Shown: in pieces, positions 35,403 to 43,219 of the stretch
Layout: each line of letters opens with the position of its first letter
Numbering within the stretch: position 1 is the first letter of the stretch
From: Candidatus Scybalousia scybalohippi
GTDB taxonomy: Bacteria; Bacteroidota; Bacteroidia; Bacteroidales; P3
Length of the DNA: 51,158 nt
Assembly (NCBI GenBank): GCA_018065645.1
Contig: JAGHSX010000132.1
Coordinates: 1 to 51,158 of the forward strand
Direction: 5' to 3'
Notes under the pieces: model-generated
The model's database searches: none
What the model saw: only the letters and a program-made list of their open reading frames with translations
Told to the model about the DNA's origin: nothing
Program-made: the position numbers and the translations under genes

Positions 35403-35798
35403 ATGTCATTATACATAGGAAACAAAATAATAACACCGATTATAATAAAAAACAATTATAATCCTGATTCAACCACTGTTATAGAAGGTCAATACGAAAA
35501 GAATTGGCAAATAGTAAGTATAGACCTAACAGATATAACAACAATAGGTAAAGATGCATTTAATCAATGTGCTAGTCTAACTAGTGTTATAATGGATAGC
35601 GTAATAACAATAGGAGAAAGGGCATTTGCAAGTTGTCCAGCGTTAAAAAATATAACAATCCCTAGCACCTGCGAAAGAATTGGGGATAATGCGTTTCAAC
35701 AATTTCACGGAACAATAACAATTAACAAACCACAAGGTAGTATTAGTGGTTCTCCGTGGGGTGCAGCTGAAGGAACAACGATAGTGTGGGAGGGATAA
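35403..35798 (+). CDS. BspA-type leucine-rich-repeat protein (131 aa)
   Basis: IGKDAFNQCASLTSVIMDSVITIGERAFASCPALKNITIPSTCERIGDNAF matches the LRR_5 repeat pattern. Confidence 0.6.
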   Translation: MSLYIGNKIITPIIIKNNYNPDSTTVIEGQYEKNWQIVSIDLTDITTIGKDAFNQCASLTSVIMDSVITIGERAFASCPALKNITIPSTCERIGDNAFQQFHGTITINKPQGSISGSPWGAAEGTTIVWEG

Positions 35799-35802
35799 TA
35801 AT

Positions 35803-37962
35803 ATGCCAACAGATACAGATGTAGATTTAATAATTAACGAGCTAACAAAAGCCCAGTATGATACTTCTACAAAAGACCCAAACCAGTTGTATATGGTTAC
35901 AGATGACGACCATTATGCCACATCCGAGCAGTTAAATGAATTAGATGCGAGTAAGCAGGATGTTATTGATAGTTCTCATAAATTATCTGCTGATTTAGTA
36001 TCAGATGGGACAACAAACAAAGTTGTGACACAAACAGAGAAAACCACTTGGAATAATAAACAAGCGGCAATAACAGGTGGGGCTACAACAATTACCTCAT
36101 CTAACCTAACAGCAAATCGTGCTTTGGTTAGTAATGGTTCTGGTAAGGTTGCTGTAAGTGATGTTACAAGCACGGAATTGGGTTATCTAGATGGGGTTAC
36201 AAGTGCTATTCAAACACAATTAAATGGTAAAGCTACATCTGCACAAGGTGAAAAAGCAGATAGTGCTTTACAATCATCCGATATTGTTAATAATTTAACC
36301 TCTACTGCAACAGATAAAACATTATCTGCTAATATGGGAAAAAGTTTAAACGATGCATTAAATAATGAAGCTCTTATGAGAGAAATTATGGATAATGATT
36401 TATATAATCTTTATCTGCAACTTAATTCATCAAAACAAGATAATCTTGTATCTGGAACTAATATCAAGACAATAAATTCTACAACTATTCTAGGAAGTGG
36501 AAATATAGATGTTGCCACAACAGAGCAGGGTGCAAAAGCAGATACAGCTTTACAACCAAACGATAATGTATCTGAACTAACAAATGATGCTGGATATCAA
36601 AATGCTACTCAAGTAAATACAGCTATAACATCATATCACGACACATCAAAGCAGGATACTCTTGTATCTGGCACTAACATCAAGACCATCAATGGTAATT
36701 CTGTATTGGGTAGTGGTAATTTATCAATAAGTGAATTACCAGACCAAACTGGACAAAAGGGAAAGTTCTTAACAACAAATGGAACGACAGCATCTTGGGA
36801 TAATGCGTTAAATTACAACAACATTTCAAACTGCATTACACATATTCCACAAGACATTAAACTTGAACTAAACAACGGAACACTTAAATTAAAAGCAGGA
36901 AGTAAGGTGTATGTTCCTAATGGACCAAGTGTATTTGATGTTGTAAATATTACAAGCGACAAATCATTAAATGGTTTTGGAACAGGAACAAGAAAAATGA
37001 TAATATGTTATCGTTCCAACGAAGATGTTATTGATTCAGATGCAACATCTTTTTCTGGCCCATCGACACCATCTGGAAGTGGATATTTTTATAACACAAC
37101 ATCAAATAAAATAGATTATGTTCTTAATGGAAGTTTGTTAAATAGAACATACAGTTTTCCAATAGCGATTGTTTCGTTTGTAGATTCAACAATCACTTCC
37201 ATAGACCAAGTATTTAATGGCTTTGGATATATCGGTAGCACAGTATTTGCTTTGCCTGGTGTTAAAGTTTTAATTCCTGATGGTAGAAATTCTGATGGAA
37301 GTTTTAAGAATATTGAAAAAATTGTAGAAAACGTTTCAATACAAAATGCTCAATACACAAATGGTCTTGATTTTGCAATAAATAACAACGGTGTTTTAGC
37401 GGCAAATACATTTAATAATCTTCAAGGTTATTATGTTGTAAATAATTTATCAGAAAAACCAGCTATTTCTGGAACATATTCTTGGTGTTATTGTGTAAAT
37501 GATAATAAATTTTATTCAAATAATGGAACGTCAAACTGGATTGAGTATAAGGCTTCATATTGTGGTAAAGCTTTTTGTGATAATAATTTAATAATCACAT
37601 CCTTTACATCTAAAACCACATTTCACGCATTAGACTATAATGATAAAGGAACTATTGCTGGTTTTGGTATGCCAAGTGATAGATATATTGATTTAACATT
37701 GGGTGCAGGTAGTACTACTTATACTGCGCCCGCAAACGGGTATGTAGCTCTTAGATTTGGTTCTAATTCTTCTTCTGGTTTACATTTTGTGCATATTTTT
37801 GAGTATAATACAAACAGAGGTAATACTCTACTTACAACAAATCCAAGTCTAACGAGCCTATATATTTCTTTACCAATTAAAAAAGGAAATACGTTTGTTG
37901 TTTCATACGGTCAAATTACATCAGAAGCGTTTCGGTTTTATTATGCAGAAGGAGAACAATAA
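35803..37962 (+). CDS. tail fibre protein (719 aa)
   Basis: GGGAGGG SD; two LVSGTNIKTIN..GSGN cassettes; shared modules with 28697..30511. Confidence 0.65.
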   Translation: MPTDTDVDLIINELTKAQYDTSTKDPNQLYMVTDDDHYATSEQLNELDASKQDVIDSSHKLSADLVSDGTTNKVVTQTEKTTWNNKQAAITGGATTITSSNLTANRALVSNGSGKVAVSDVTSTELGYLDGVTSAIQTQLNGKATSAQGEKADSALQSSDIVNNLTSTATDKTLSANMGKSLNDALNNEALMREIMDNDLYNLYLQLNSSKQDNLVSGTNIKTINSTTILGSGNIDVATTEQGAKADTALQPNDNVSELTNDAGYQNATQVNTAITSYHDTSKQDTLVSGTNIKTINGNSVLGSGNLSISELPDQTGQKGKFLTTNGTTASWDNALNYNNISNCITHIPQDIKLELNNGTLKLKAGSKVYVPNGPSVFDVVNITSDKSLNGFGTGTRKMIICYRSNEDVIDSDATSFSGPSTPSGSGYFYNTTSNKIDYVLNGSLLNRTYSFPIAIVSFVDSTITSIDQVFNGFGYIGSTVFALPGVKVLIPDGRNSDGSFKNIEKIVENVSIQNAQYTNGLDFAINNNGVLAANTFNNLQGYYVVNNLSEKPAISGTYSWCYCVNDNKFYSNNGTSNWIEYKASYCGKAFCDNNLIITSFTSKTTFHALDYNDKGTIAGFGMPSDRYIDLTLGAGSTTYTAPANGYVALRFGSNSSSGLHFVHIFEYNTNRGNTLLTTNPSLTSLYISLPIKKGNTFVVSYGQITSEAFRFYYAEGEQ

Positions 37963-38291
37963 TGTATAAAGCACTTAAAGACGAAAAGATTATAGCAATT
38001 AACGATACAGACAACTTTCCTTGTTTGGTTTGTGATGAAGTGGTAGAAGATACAGAACACACCGTTGAAGATTACATTCACTGCGATGGAGAGTTTGTTT
38101 TAACAACAGACGAAAAAGCCATAGCACTTGATAACAAAACAAAGGTAGCAGAAGCTCGTAAATACTTACAAGAAACTGATTACATTTGGAATGTTATTCG
38201 TGAAGGAGATGCAATAGAAGAACATTATGTAGATGTCATTGCTAAACGAAAAGAAGCTCGTGAGTTAATTCGGAGTTTAGAGAATGGTTGA
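37962..38291 (+). CDS. possible tail fibre assembly/chaperone protein (109 aa)
   Basis: Position directly after the fibre gene (TAATG coupling); no motif recognised. Confidence 0.3.
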   Translation: MYKALKDEKIIAINDTDNFPCLVCDEVVEDTEHTVEDYIHCDGEFVLTTDEKAIALDNKTKVAEARKYLQETDYIWNVIREGDAIEEHYVDVIAKRKEARELIRSLENG

Positions 38292-38487
38292 GCAACCATA
38301 TCTAGATAACTTTTTACAAGCTGAAGCAGAGGCTAGAGAAAGCACTATTCCAGTAAGAGCTAGACAAAGACATCTTGGAAATCTCTATTGGAAATATCGT
38401 AAAATGGCTTCAAAGTGTCCTGTTAATCAGCACGATAATATAATAAGGGCTTGGAAAATGGGGCAATTTTTTGAAAGGCAGAGATAA
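38284..38487 (+). CDS. hypothetical protein (67 aa), last gene of the rightward late arm
   Basis: ORF track. Confidence 0.4.
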   Translation: MVEQPYLDNFLQAEAEARESTIPVRARQRHLGNLYWKYRKMASKCPVNQHDNIIRAWKMGQFFERQR

Positions 38488-38524
38488 TGGAAGAAAAAGA
38501 CCCGGAATATGATGTCCTTTTATC

Positions 38525-38553
38525 TTGACATTTGTAAAAAAGTGTAGTATAAT
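38525..38553 (+). promoter_or_regulatory. perfect consensus promoter TTGACA-17-TATAAT
   Basis: ttgaca-tttgtaaaaaagtgtag-tataat. Confidence 0.6.
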
Positions 38554-38559
38554 TAAAAT

Positions 38560-38614
38560 CGTTGTAGCCAATTTATATCAACACTTAACGTCTTCTTGCA
38601 GGAGGACGTTTTTT
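38560..38614 (+). ncRNA. candidate ~55-nt sRNA ending at an intrinsic terminator
   Basis: Starts a few nt after the -10 at 38548-38553 and ends at the hairpin + T6 at 38588-38614; no ORF. Confidence 0.35.
38588..38614 (+). terminator. intrinsic terminator (also the likely end of the late operon)
   Basis: ACGTCTTCT-tgca-GGAGGACGT (9 bp including 2 G-U) followed by TTTTT. Confidence 0.6.
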
Positions 38615-38616
38615 AT

Positions 38617-38645
38617 TTGACATTATCAAGTAAGTTTTGTATAAT
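38617..38645 (+). promoter_or_regulatory. second perfect consensus promoter TTGACATTA-17-TATAAT
   Basis: ttgaca-ttatcaagtaagttttg-tataat. Confidence 0.6.
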
Positions 38646-38651
38646 GTATTT

Positions 38652-38750
38652 GGATTTAGAGGAATGCCCACATTCTTTTATTTCCCGATAGGAACAAGCC
38701 ACTCCCGCTAAAGGCAGAAATGTACAGCGAATACGGAGTGGCATATTTTT
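38652..38750 (+). ncRNA. candidate ~100-nt sRNA running into the 3' end of dnaB
   Basis: No ORF; ends at stem GCCACTCC (38698-38705) / GGAGTGGC (38735-38742) + atATTTTT, which overlaps the dnaB stop codon. Confidence 0.35.
38698..38750. terminator. bidirectional terminator-like hairpin between convergent units
   Basis: 8-bp GC-rich stem with a structured 29-nt loop; T-rich on both sides. Confidence 0.45.
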
Positions 38751-39963
38751 AACAAAACTTCATTAGTTGACAAACAAAGGTTCCATTAACAACCCCTCTT
38801 TTACCGTTTCTACACTTAGAAACTATATATTCTGTAGGGTCTCTTTCAACATCTTGGTTGCTATAATAACCATCACGATAAAGCAATATAACACAGTCCG
38901 CATCTTCTTCAATTCTTCCAGAATCTCTCAAATCAGACATTTTGGGTCTTTTATTTGATTCTTTTTCTGCAGCACGATTTATTTGGCAAAGACAAACTAT
39001 TGGGATGTTTAGTTCTTTTGAAACACTTTTTAACAACGCTGTTGTTTTACCAATTTCGTGAGCTAAGTTTCCTCTATCAGATACTTGAACTAATCCAATG
39101 TGGTCTATAAAAACAATATCACATTTCGCTTTCTTAACCATTTGTCTTATTTTTGCAATAACTTGTTGGCAATTTATACCACCTCTATCATCAATAACAA
39201 GGTTTTTAATGCTAAACAAAGCGTTTGCATAGGCATCAAATTCTTTTTCGCATTTTCCTTTTTCAATTTTCCAATGTGGAATTTCTCCTCTTATACAAGC
39301 AATTCTTTGCTTTAATTCTGTTGATTTCATTTCAAGGCTTATTATACCAACTTTATAATTTGGTTCTATATTGTTAATAATGGAACACATAAAAGCTGAT
39401 TTACCCATACCAGAACGAGCTCCAACAACATATAACCTCCCATTTTGTAAATCGTTTATATTATAATCAAGCATATCTATTCCTGTTTTAATACCAAGAA
39501 CACCATTGTTCATTTTATCTTGTAATTCTCTTAGCATAGCATCTGGAGAATCATCTATTTTTTCTATTAGGTCTCTTGTTGATATTTCAGACAATTTTGT
39601 AAAAACATCAACATCTTCCGTTTCTGCTTGTTCTAACAACTCTTGTGCCTTTGTCAGTGCGTTATATTTATCACTACTATCAATAAGTAGATTAACTTCT
39701 TTATCAACATTTCCAACAAAAGATAATCCTGATAGCTTATTTATGTATAATTTATCTTTTTCGTCTTTTGAAAGTGTTCTCATTACAAACGGCTTACCTT
39801 CTTCATTTGCCTTTAACATTCTTTCAAAAATAGTTGCGTTTTCTTCAAATAAAAAATGGTCAACCTTTAAATCTGGGTACAGGTTTATATCGTCATTATG
39901 AGCTAAAAATCTCCCAAGTATTCTTTGTTCAATTTCTTCATTAAGATAATTTTCAAAGTTCAT
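38749..39963 (-). CDS. dnaB: replicative DNA helicase DnaB
   Basis: GARSGMGKSAFMCSI Walker A; DIVFIDHIGLV Walker B; LCQINRAAE; RPKMSDLRDSGRIEEDAD arginine-finger region. Confidence 0.9.
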   Translation of the reverse strand: MNFENYLNEEIEQRILGRFLAHNDDINLYPDLKVDHFLFEENATIFERMLKANEEGKPFVMRTLSKDEKDKLYINKLSGLSFVGNVDKEVNLLIDSSDKYNALTKAQELLEQAETEDVDVFTKLSEISTRDLIEKIDDSPDAMLRELQDKMNNGVLGIKTGIDMLDYNINDLQNGRLYVVGARSGMGKSAFMCSIINNIEPNYKVGIISLEMKSTELKQRIACIRGEIPHWKIEKGKCEKEFDAYANALFSIKNLVIDDRGGINCQQVIAKIRQMVKKAKCDIVFIDHIGLVQVSDRGNLAHEIGKTTALLKSVSKELNIPIVCLCQINRAAEKESNKRPKMSDLRDSGRIEEDADCVILLYRDGYYSNQDVERDPTEYIVSKCRNGKRGVVNGTFVCQLMKFC

Positions 39964-39981
39964 TTTATACCCCCAAAATGT

Positions 39982-40512
39982 TTATAGCCAGTATTTATAT
40001 TCTTCTTCTTTTTGTTTCTGTGGCTCTTCTTTTACCCAGTTAGCCAACATCTTCTGCTTCCAATTCTTTACTTTATTACCACGACTGTCTTTCCAACCAC
40101 CAGCCTCATAATAATCGTAAAATCTTTTTGCATCCACAGAAAGTTTTTTTTCTTTTATATAATTCTCTACCTCTTCCAATGTTGGTTTTATAAATATATT
40201 ATTCTTTTCTTTTCTTGTATTGTATTGTTGCTTATGGGTACCCTTATCCCCACCTTTATCCGTACCCTTAAGGGTCGGGTTACCACCAAGTTTACCATAT
40301 TGTGAAGATATACCAGCTTGTTCTCTATATCTACGAATGTTTGTGGCTATAAGCTCATAGAATATGTTGTTTGTTTGTTCCATACTGTCAAAATTGTTTA
40401 ACAGTAACTTTAATCCAGAACCAACAACATCATCTGGTAAAAGACTTATTGTTGATAACTGGTCTTTAAATATAATTATCCCATTATTGGTTATTGATTT
40501 TCTTGTTGTCAT
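39982..40512 (-). CDS. replication-associated protein (helicase-loader/initiator-like, conserved phage C-terminus)
   Basis: PTLEEVENYIKEKKLSVDAKRFYDYYEAGGWKDSRGNKVKNWKQKMLANW resembles the Phg_2220_C-type motif; directly upstream of dnaB. Confidence 0.5.
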   Translation of the reverse strand: MTTRKSITNNGIIIFKDQLSTISLLPDDVVGSGLKLLLNNFDSMEQTNNIFYELIATNIRRYREQAGISSQYGKLGGNPTLKGTDKGGDKGTHKQQYNTRKEKNNIFIKPTLEEVENYIKEKKLSVDAKRFYDYYEAGGWKDSRGNKVKNWKQKMLANWVKEEPQKQKEEEYKYWL

Positions 40513-40669
40513 CCAAAATCTCCTTTTTCTCTTTAATATCTTCTTCCAAGCAACGCATAGAATTAGAAATGATTACCTTCATAACTGGTTGGAAACCATT
40601 TACCAAAGATAAATCGTTAATCATTCTGCTATAATGTTTGGAAAATAAATCAGATATATTTTTCTCCAT
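40484..40669 (-). CDS. small hypothetical protein (61 aa), first gene of the replication operon
   Basis: Track ORF 40484..40957 trimmed to ATG 40669 (GGAGAAACT-ATG SD), because the longer version spans promoter 40712..40740. Confidence 0.4.
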   Translation of the reverse strand: MEKNISDLFSKHYSRMINDLSLVNGFQPVMKVIISNSMRCLEEDIKEKKEILDDNKKINNQ

Positions 40670-40711
40670 AGTTTCTCCGTTTGTTAATGTTGGTTCCTGC
40701 CAACTGTTCCT

Positions 40712-40740
40712 GTTATACCATAATTTTGACACCCTGTCAA
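40712..40740 (-). promoter_or_regulatory. leftward promoter TTGACA-17-TATAAC for the replication operon
   Basis: Plus strand has tgtcaa at 40735-40740 and gttata at 40712-40717. The -35 is part of the palindrome TTGACA-ccc-TGTCAA. Confidence 0.5.
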
Positions 40741-40958
40741 ATCGGCTAACACATATCACATAGCATTTTGCTTTCTGAAAGTCAATTATTTTTTTGTATG
40801 TTAATATTTTGTTAATGAATAAAGACCCTCGGCTGAAAAATATAAGACCGAGGGGAGGGTAGGAAAAGCATTTCAAAAAACCCTCTAACCAATGGTTGAG
40901 ATGGGGGACTAACCCATTGGCTATCATCATTATATGGCTAAACAAGAATAAAGTCAAA
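40741..40958. promoter_or_regulatory. divergent control region / candidate replication origin
   Basis: AT-rich tract 40785-40822; hairpin CCCTCGG/CCGAGGG 40826..40854; direct repeats CTAACCAATGG (40885) and CTAACCCATTGG (40909). Confidence 0.3.
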
Positions 40959-40987
40959 TTGACAACAACTTATTGTTGTGCTACTAT
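40959..40987 (+). promoter_or_regulatory. rightward promoter TTGACA-17-TACTAT with inverted repeat in the spacer
   Basis: ttgaca-acaacttattgttgtgc-tactat; ACAACAA (40962-40968) / TTGTTGT (40973-40979). Confidence 0.55.
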
Positions 40988-41007
40988 ACATATGAAGGAG
41001 AAGCATT

Positions 41008-41247
41008 ATGAATGAATTAGAATTAGTTAAAGAAAGTTTAATGACTATTGGTCATAGAGAGGGGTATAGTGTTACTAAGAACCTAGAAGCCATTGCAAAG
41101 GCAAAACTTCGCTTTTTTGGCGTTGGTGATTTTAGACGTTGCCCTTGCTCTCCAAAATCTGATAGGTCTTGTATTAGCGAAACCTGTCAAAAAGAAATAC
41201 AAGAAAATGGTGTGTGCCACTGCCACCTATTTGAGAGGGTAAAATGA
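41008..41247 (+). CDS. ferredoxin-thioredoxin-reductase catalytic-subunit-like small Cys-rich protein (79 aa)
   Basis: RRCPCSPKSDRSCISETCQKEIQENGVCHCHLFE, i.e. CPC...C-x4-C...CHC-x-LF, resembles the FTR-beta cluster/disulfide motif. Confidence 0.45.
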   Translation: MNELELVKESLMTIGHREGYSVTKNLEAIAKAKLRFFGVGDFRRCPCSPKSDRSCISETCQKEIQENGVCHCHLFERVK

Positions 41248-41669
41248 TGGAGTTTTTCATTAAGTGTAATCCACCAAAGACAACCGCCCAAGCAACGACA
41301 AGGGTGTTTAAGAACAAATACACAGGTAAAATGTTTATTGGTAAGTCAGAAAAGGGTCGTGGAGTTCGTGAAGAACTAATGGCTCTCTTGCGACCATATA
41401 CTCCAGAAAAACCCATTGATAAACCGATTCGTATGGTTGTTGAGTGGGGTTATCCATACCTAAAGAGTGTTCGCAAGCGTGATATTGGCAAGATACTGCC
41501 TTGTACATCTAGACCGGACTGCGACAACTTGGCAAAGTTTTTTTTGGACTGCCTAACTAGGCTTGGGTTTTGGACAGATGATAGCCTTGTTTATGATTTA
41601 AGGTTTAGAAAGTTTTATACCCAAGACGCTGGGATTGGTGTAAAAATAGAAGAAAATGAAGAAAATTAA
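41244..41669 (+). CDS. rusA: RusA-family Holliday junction resolvase
   Basis: RPDCDNLAKFFLDCLTRLGFWTDDSLVYDL matches the RusA catalytic Asp pattern; 141 aa. Confidence 0.8.
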   Translation: MMEFFIKCNPPKTTAQATTRVFKNKYTGKMFIGKSEKGRGVREELMALLRPYTPEKPIDKPIRMVVEWGYPYLKSVRKRDIGKILPCTSRPDCDNLAKFFLDCLTRLGFWTDDSLVYDLRFRKFYTQDAGIGVKIEENEEN

Positions 41670-41678
41670 AAAAAGTTC

Positions 41679-41707
41679 TTGACATTACCCAAAAAATAAT
41701 GTATAGT
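41679..41707 (+). promoter_or_regulatory. promoter CTTGACATTA-17-TATAGT
   Basis: ttgaca-ttacccaaaaaataatg-tatagt; leader hairpin TTGTCC/GGACAA 41713..41729, then AAAACTCTGAAAGAAAGGAAAAGCA-ATG. Confidence 0.6.
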
Positions 41708-41752
41708 ATATCTTGTCCGATGGGGACAAAACTCTGAAAGAAAGGAAAAGCA

Positions 41753-42460
41753 ATGAGTACAATGAGTATTTTTAATAAATTAAATCACATTCAAACGACA
41801 TTAAAAGCACCAAAAGACAAGCATAATAACTTTGGCAACTATGATTACCGTAGTTGTGAGGGTATTTTGGAAGCTGTTAAACCTTTATTAGCTGAAACTG
41901 GTTTGGTTTTAACTGTTTCTGATGAAATGGTTGATGTTGGTGGTCGCATTTATGTTAAAGCCACAGCCACAATATATGATGGGGAAAGTGAAATTAAGAA
42001 CACAGCATATGCACGTGAAGAGGAAAGCAAGAAGGGTATGGATGCTAGCCAATTAACTGGTTCAACATCATCTTATGCTCGTAAATATGCTTTAAACGGA
42101 TTATTCTGTATTGATGACAACAGAGATGCAGATGAAACAAACACTCACGGAAAGGAAGACAACCAATTTGCAAAGGAAGTCTCAAAAGAGAAAGCCAGAG
42201 AAACACGTGAAAAGAACAAAAAGGTAGAAGAAGCTAGTAAATCAGAAGAAGGATTAAAACTTCGTTATGAAAGTGCAAAGGCTTGTATTGTAAAATTTAA
42301 AGATATTAGTCCTGTACGTGATGCAAAGCTCATTGAAAGAGCTACAGCATTGATGAATGACTTATTAGATGCTGGAATGGAAACAGAACGAAAGGATTTA
42401 TACGATAATTTAAATTCACGTATGTTGAAAACTGATGATGAATTACCAAGTTTTGCTTAA
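41753..42460 (+). CDS. erf: ERF-family single-strand annealing recombinase
   Basis: NFGNYDYRSCEGILEAVKPLLAETGLVL and TGSTSSYARKYALNGLF resemble conserved ERF motifs. Confidence 0.75.
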   Translation: MSTMSIFNKLNHIQTTLKAPKDKHNNFGNYDYRSCEGILEAVKPLLAETGLVLTVSDEMVDVGGRIYVKATATIYDGESEIKNTAYAREEESKKGMDASQLTGSTSSYARKYALNGLFCIDDNRDADETNTHGKEDNQFAKEVSKEKARETREKNKKVEEASKSEEGLKLRYESAKACIVKFKDISPVRDAKLIERATALMNDLLDAGMETERKDLYDNLNSRMLKTDDELPSFA

Positions 42461-42482
42461 TAATTAGAAAGGGAGGTAAACA

Positions 42483-42743
42483 ATGACACCACAAGCAGAA
42501 AGAGTAATGGAATATATGAGATATAATGGTAGTATTACAAGTCTTGAGGCTATCAACGAGCTTGGAATTACCAGATTATCAGCTGTTATTTTTAATATAA
42601 AAGAAGCTGGATGGGATATTCGGGATAAATTTATTAAAGTTAAAAATAGATTTGATGAAGAATGTCGTGTTAAGCAATACTGGTGCGTTGGGAGAAAAAA
42701 AAGTTGGTGGGAAAAATTTAAAGAAAAAATGAAAGGAATATAA
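42483..42743 (+). CDS. winged-helix DNA-binding protein (86 aa)
   Basis: GSITSLEAINELGITRLSAVIFNIKEAGWDI HTH pattern; GGGAGG SD. Confidence 0.5.
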   Translation: MTPQAERVMEYMRYNGSITSLEAINELGITRLSAVIFNIKEAGWDIRDKFIKVKNRFDEECRVKQYWCVGRKKSWWEKFKEKMKGI

Positions 42744-42744
42744 A

Positions 42745-42900
42745 ATGTTTAAATGGATTAAGAAACTGTTCCGCAAGGAACAACCAAGTTGTGAATATGC
42801 TCACATTGTGTGTGTATTGCAAGAAATTCAAAAATCAAATAAAAAAACAAAAAAGAAAGTGAAACAAAATGTCAAAAACAAAACAAAAAAGTCTAAATAA
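42745..42900 (+). CDS. possible 51-aa Lys-rich peptide
   Basis: Hand translation MFKWIKKLFRKEQPSCEYAHIVCVLQEIQKSNKKTKKK...; GAAAGGAA SD 6 nt upstream; overlaps the next ORF by 32 nt. Confidence 0.3.
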   Translation: MFKWIKKLFRKEQPSCEYAHIVCVLQEIQKSNKKTKKKVKQNVKNKTKKSK

Positions 42901-43219
42901 ACATTGTAATATTTTATTACTTTGTGTTGGCACCATTGCTTTTTGCTGGGGTTTTGCTTCATTTTATAAGACTACTGACTCATATCGTGAAAAACAAATA
43001 ACAAATTTGTGTTCACGTACACAAGATACACGTTTGTGTCGTTGTGAAATGAGGGCTATTAAGGTTTTTGGTGGAGAAGATTTATATGGAAAGTCTATCA
43101 AGTGTGCATCTAATTTAGACACAGATTGTTTGCTTTCTATTCGAGCACAATCAACACAAAAAACAACGCTTATTGAGTATGGAATATTTTTAAAACAATG
43201 TCATAAAGGAGTTATATAA
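42869..43219 (+). CDS. membrane-anchored Cys-containing protein (116 aa)
   Basis: N-terminal TM ILLLCVGTIAFCWGFASFY followed by a Cys-containing domain. Confidence 0.45.
   Translation: MSKTKQKSLNKHCNILLLCVGTIAFCWGFASFYKTTDSYREKQITNLCSRTQDTRLCRCEMRAIKVFGGEDLYGKSIKCASNLDTDCLLSIRAQSTQKTTLIEYGIFLKQCHKGVI

Noticed and set aside
40670-40957. Long version (157 aa) of minus-strand ORF 40484..40957
   Set aside because: The upstream two-thirds cover the leftward promoter (40712..40740) and the intergenic control region. An internal ATG at 40669 has a proper GGAG SD.
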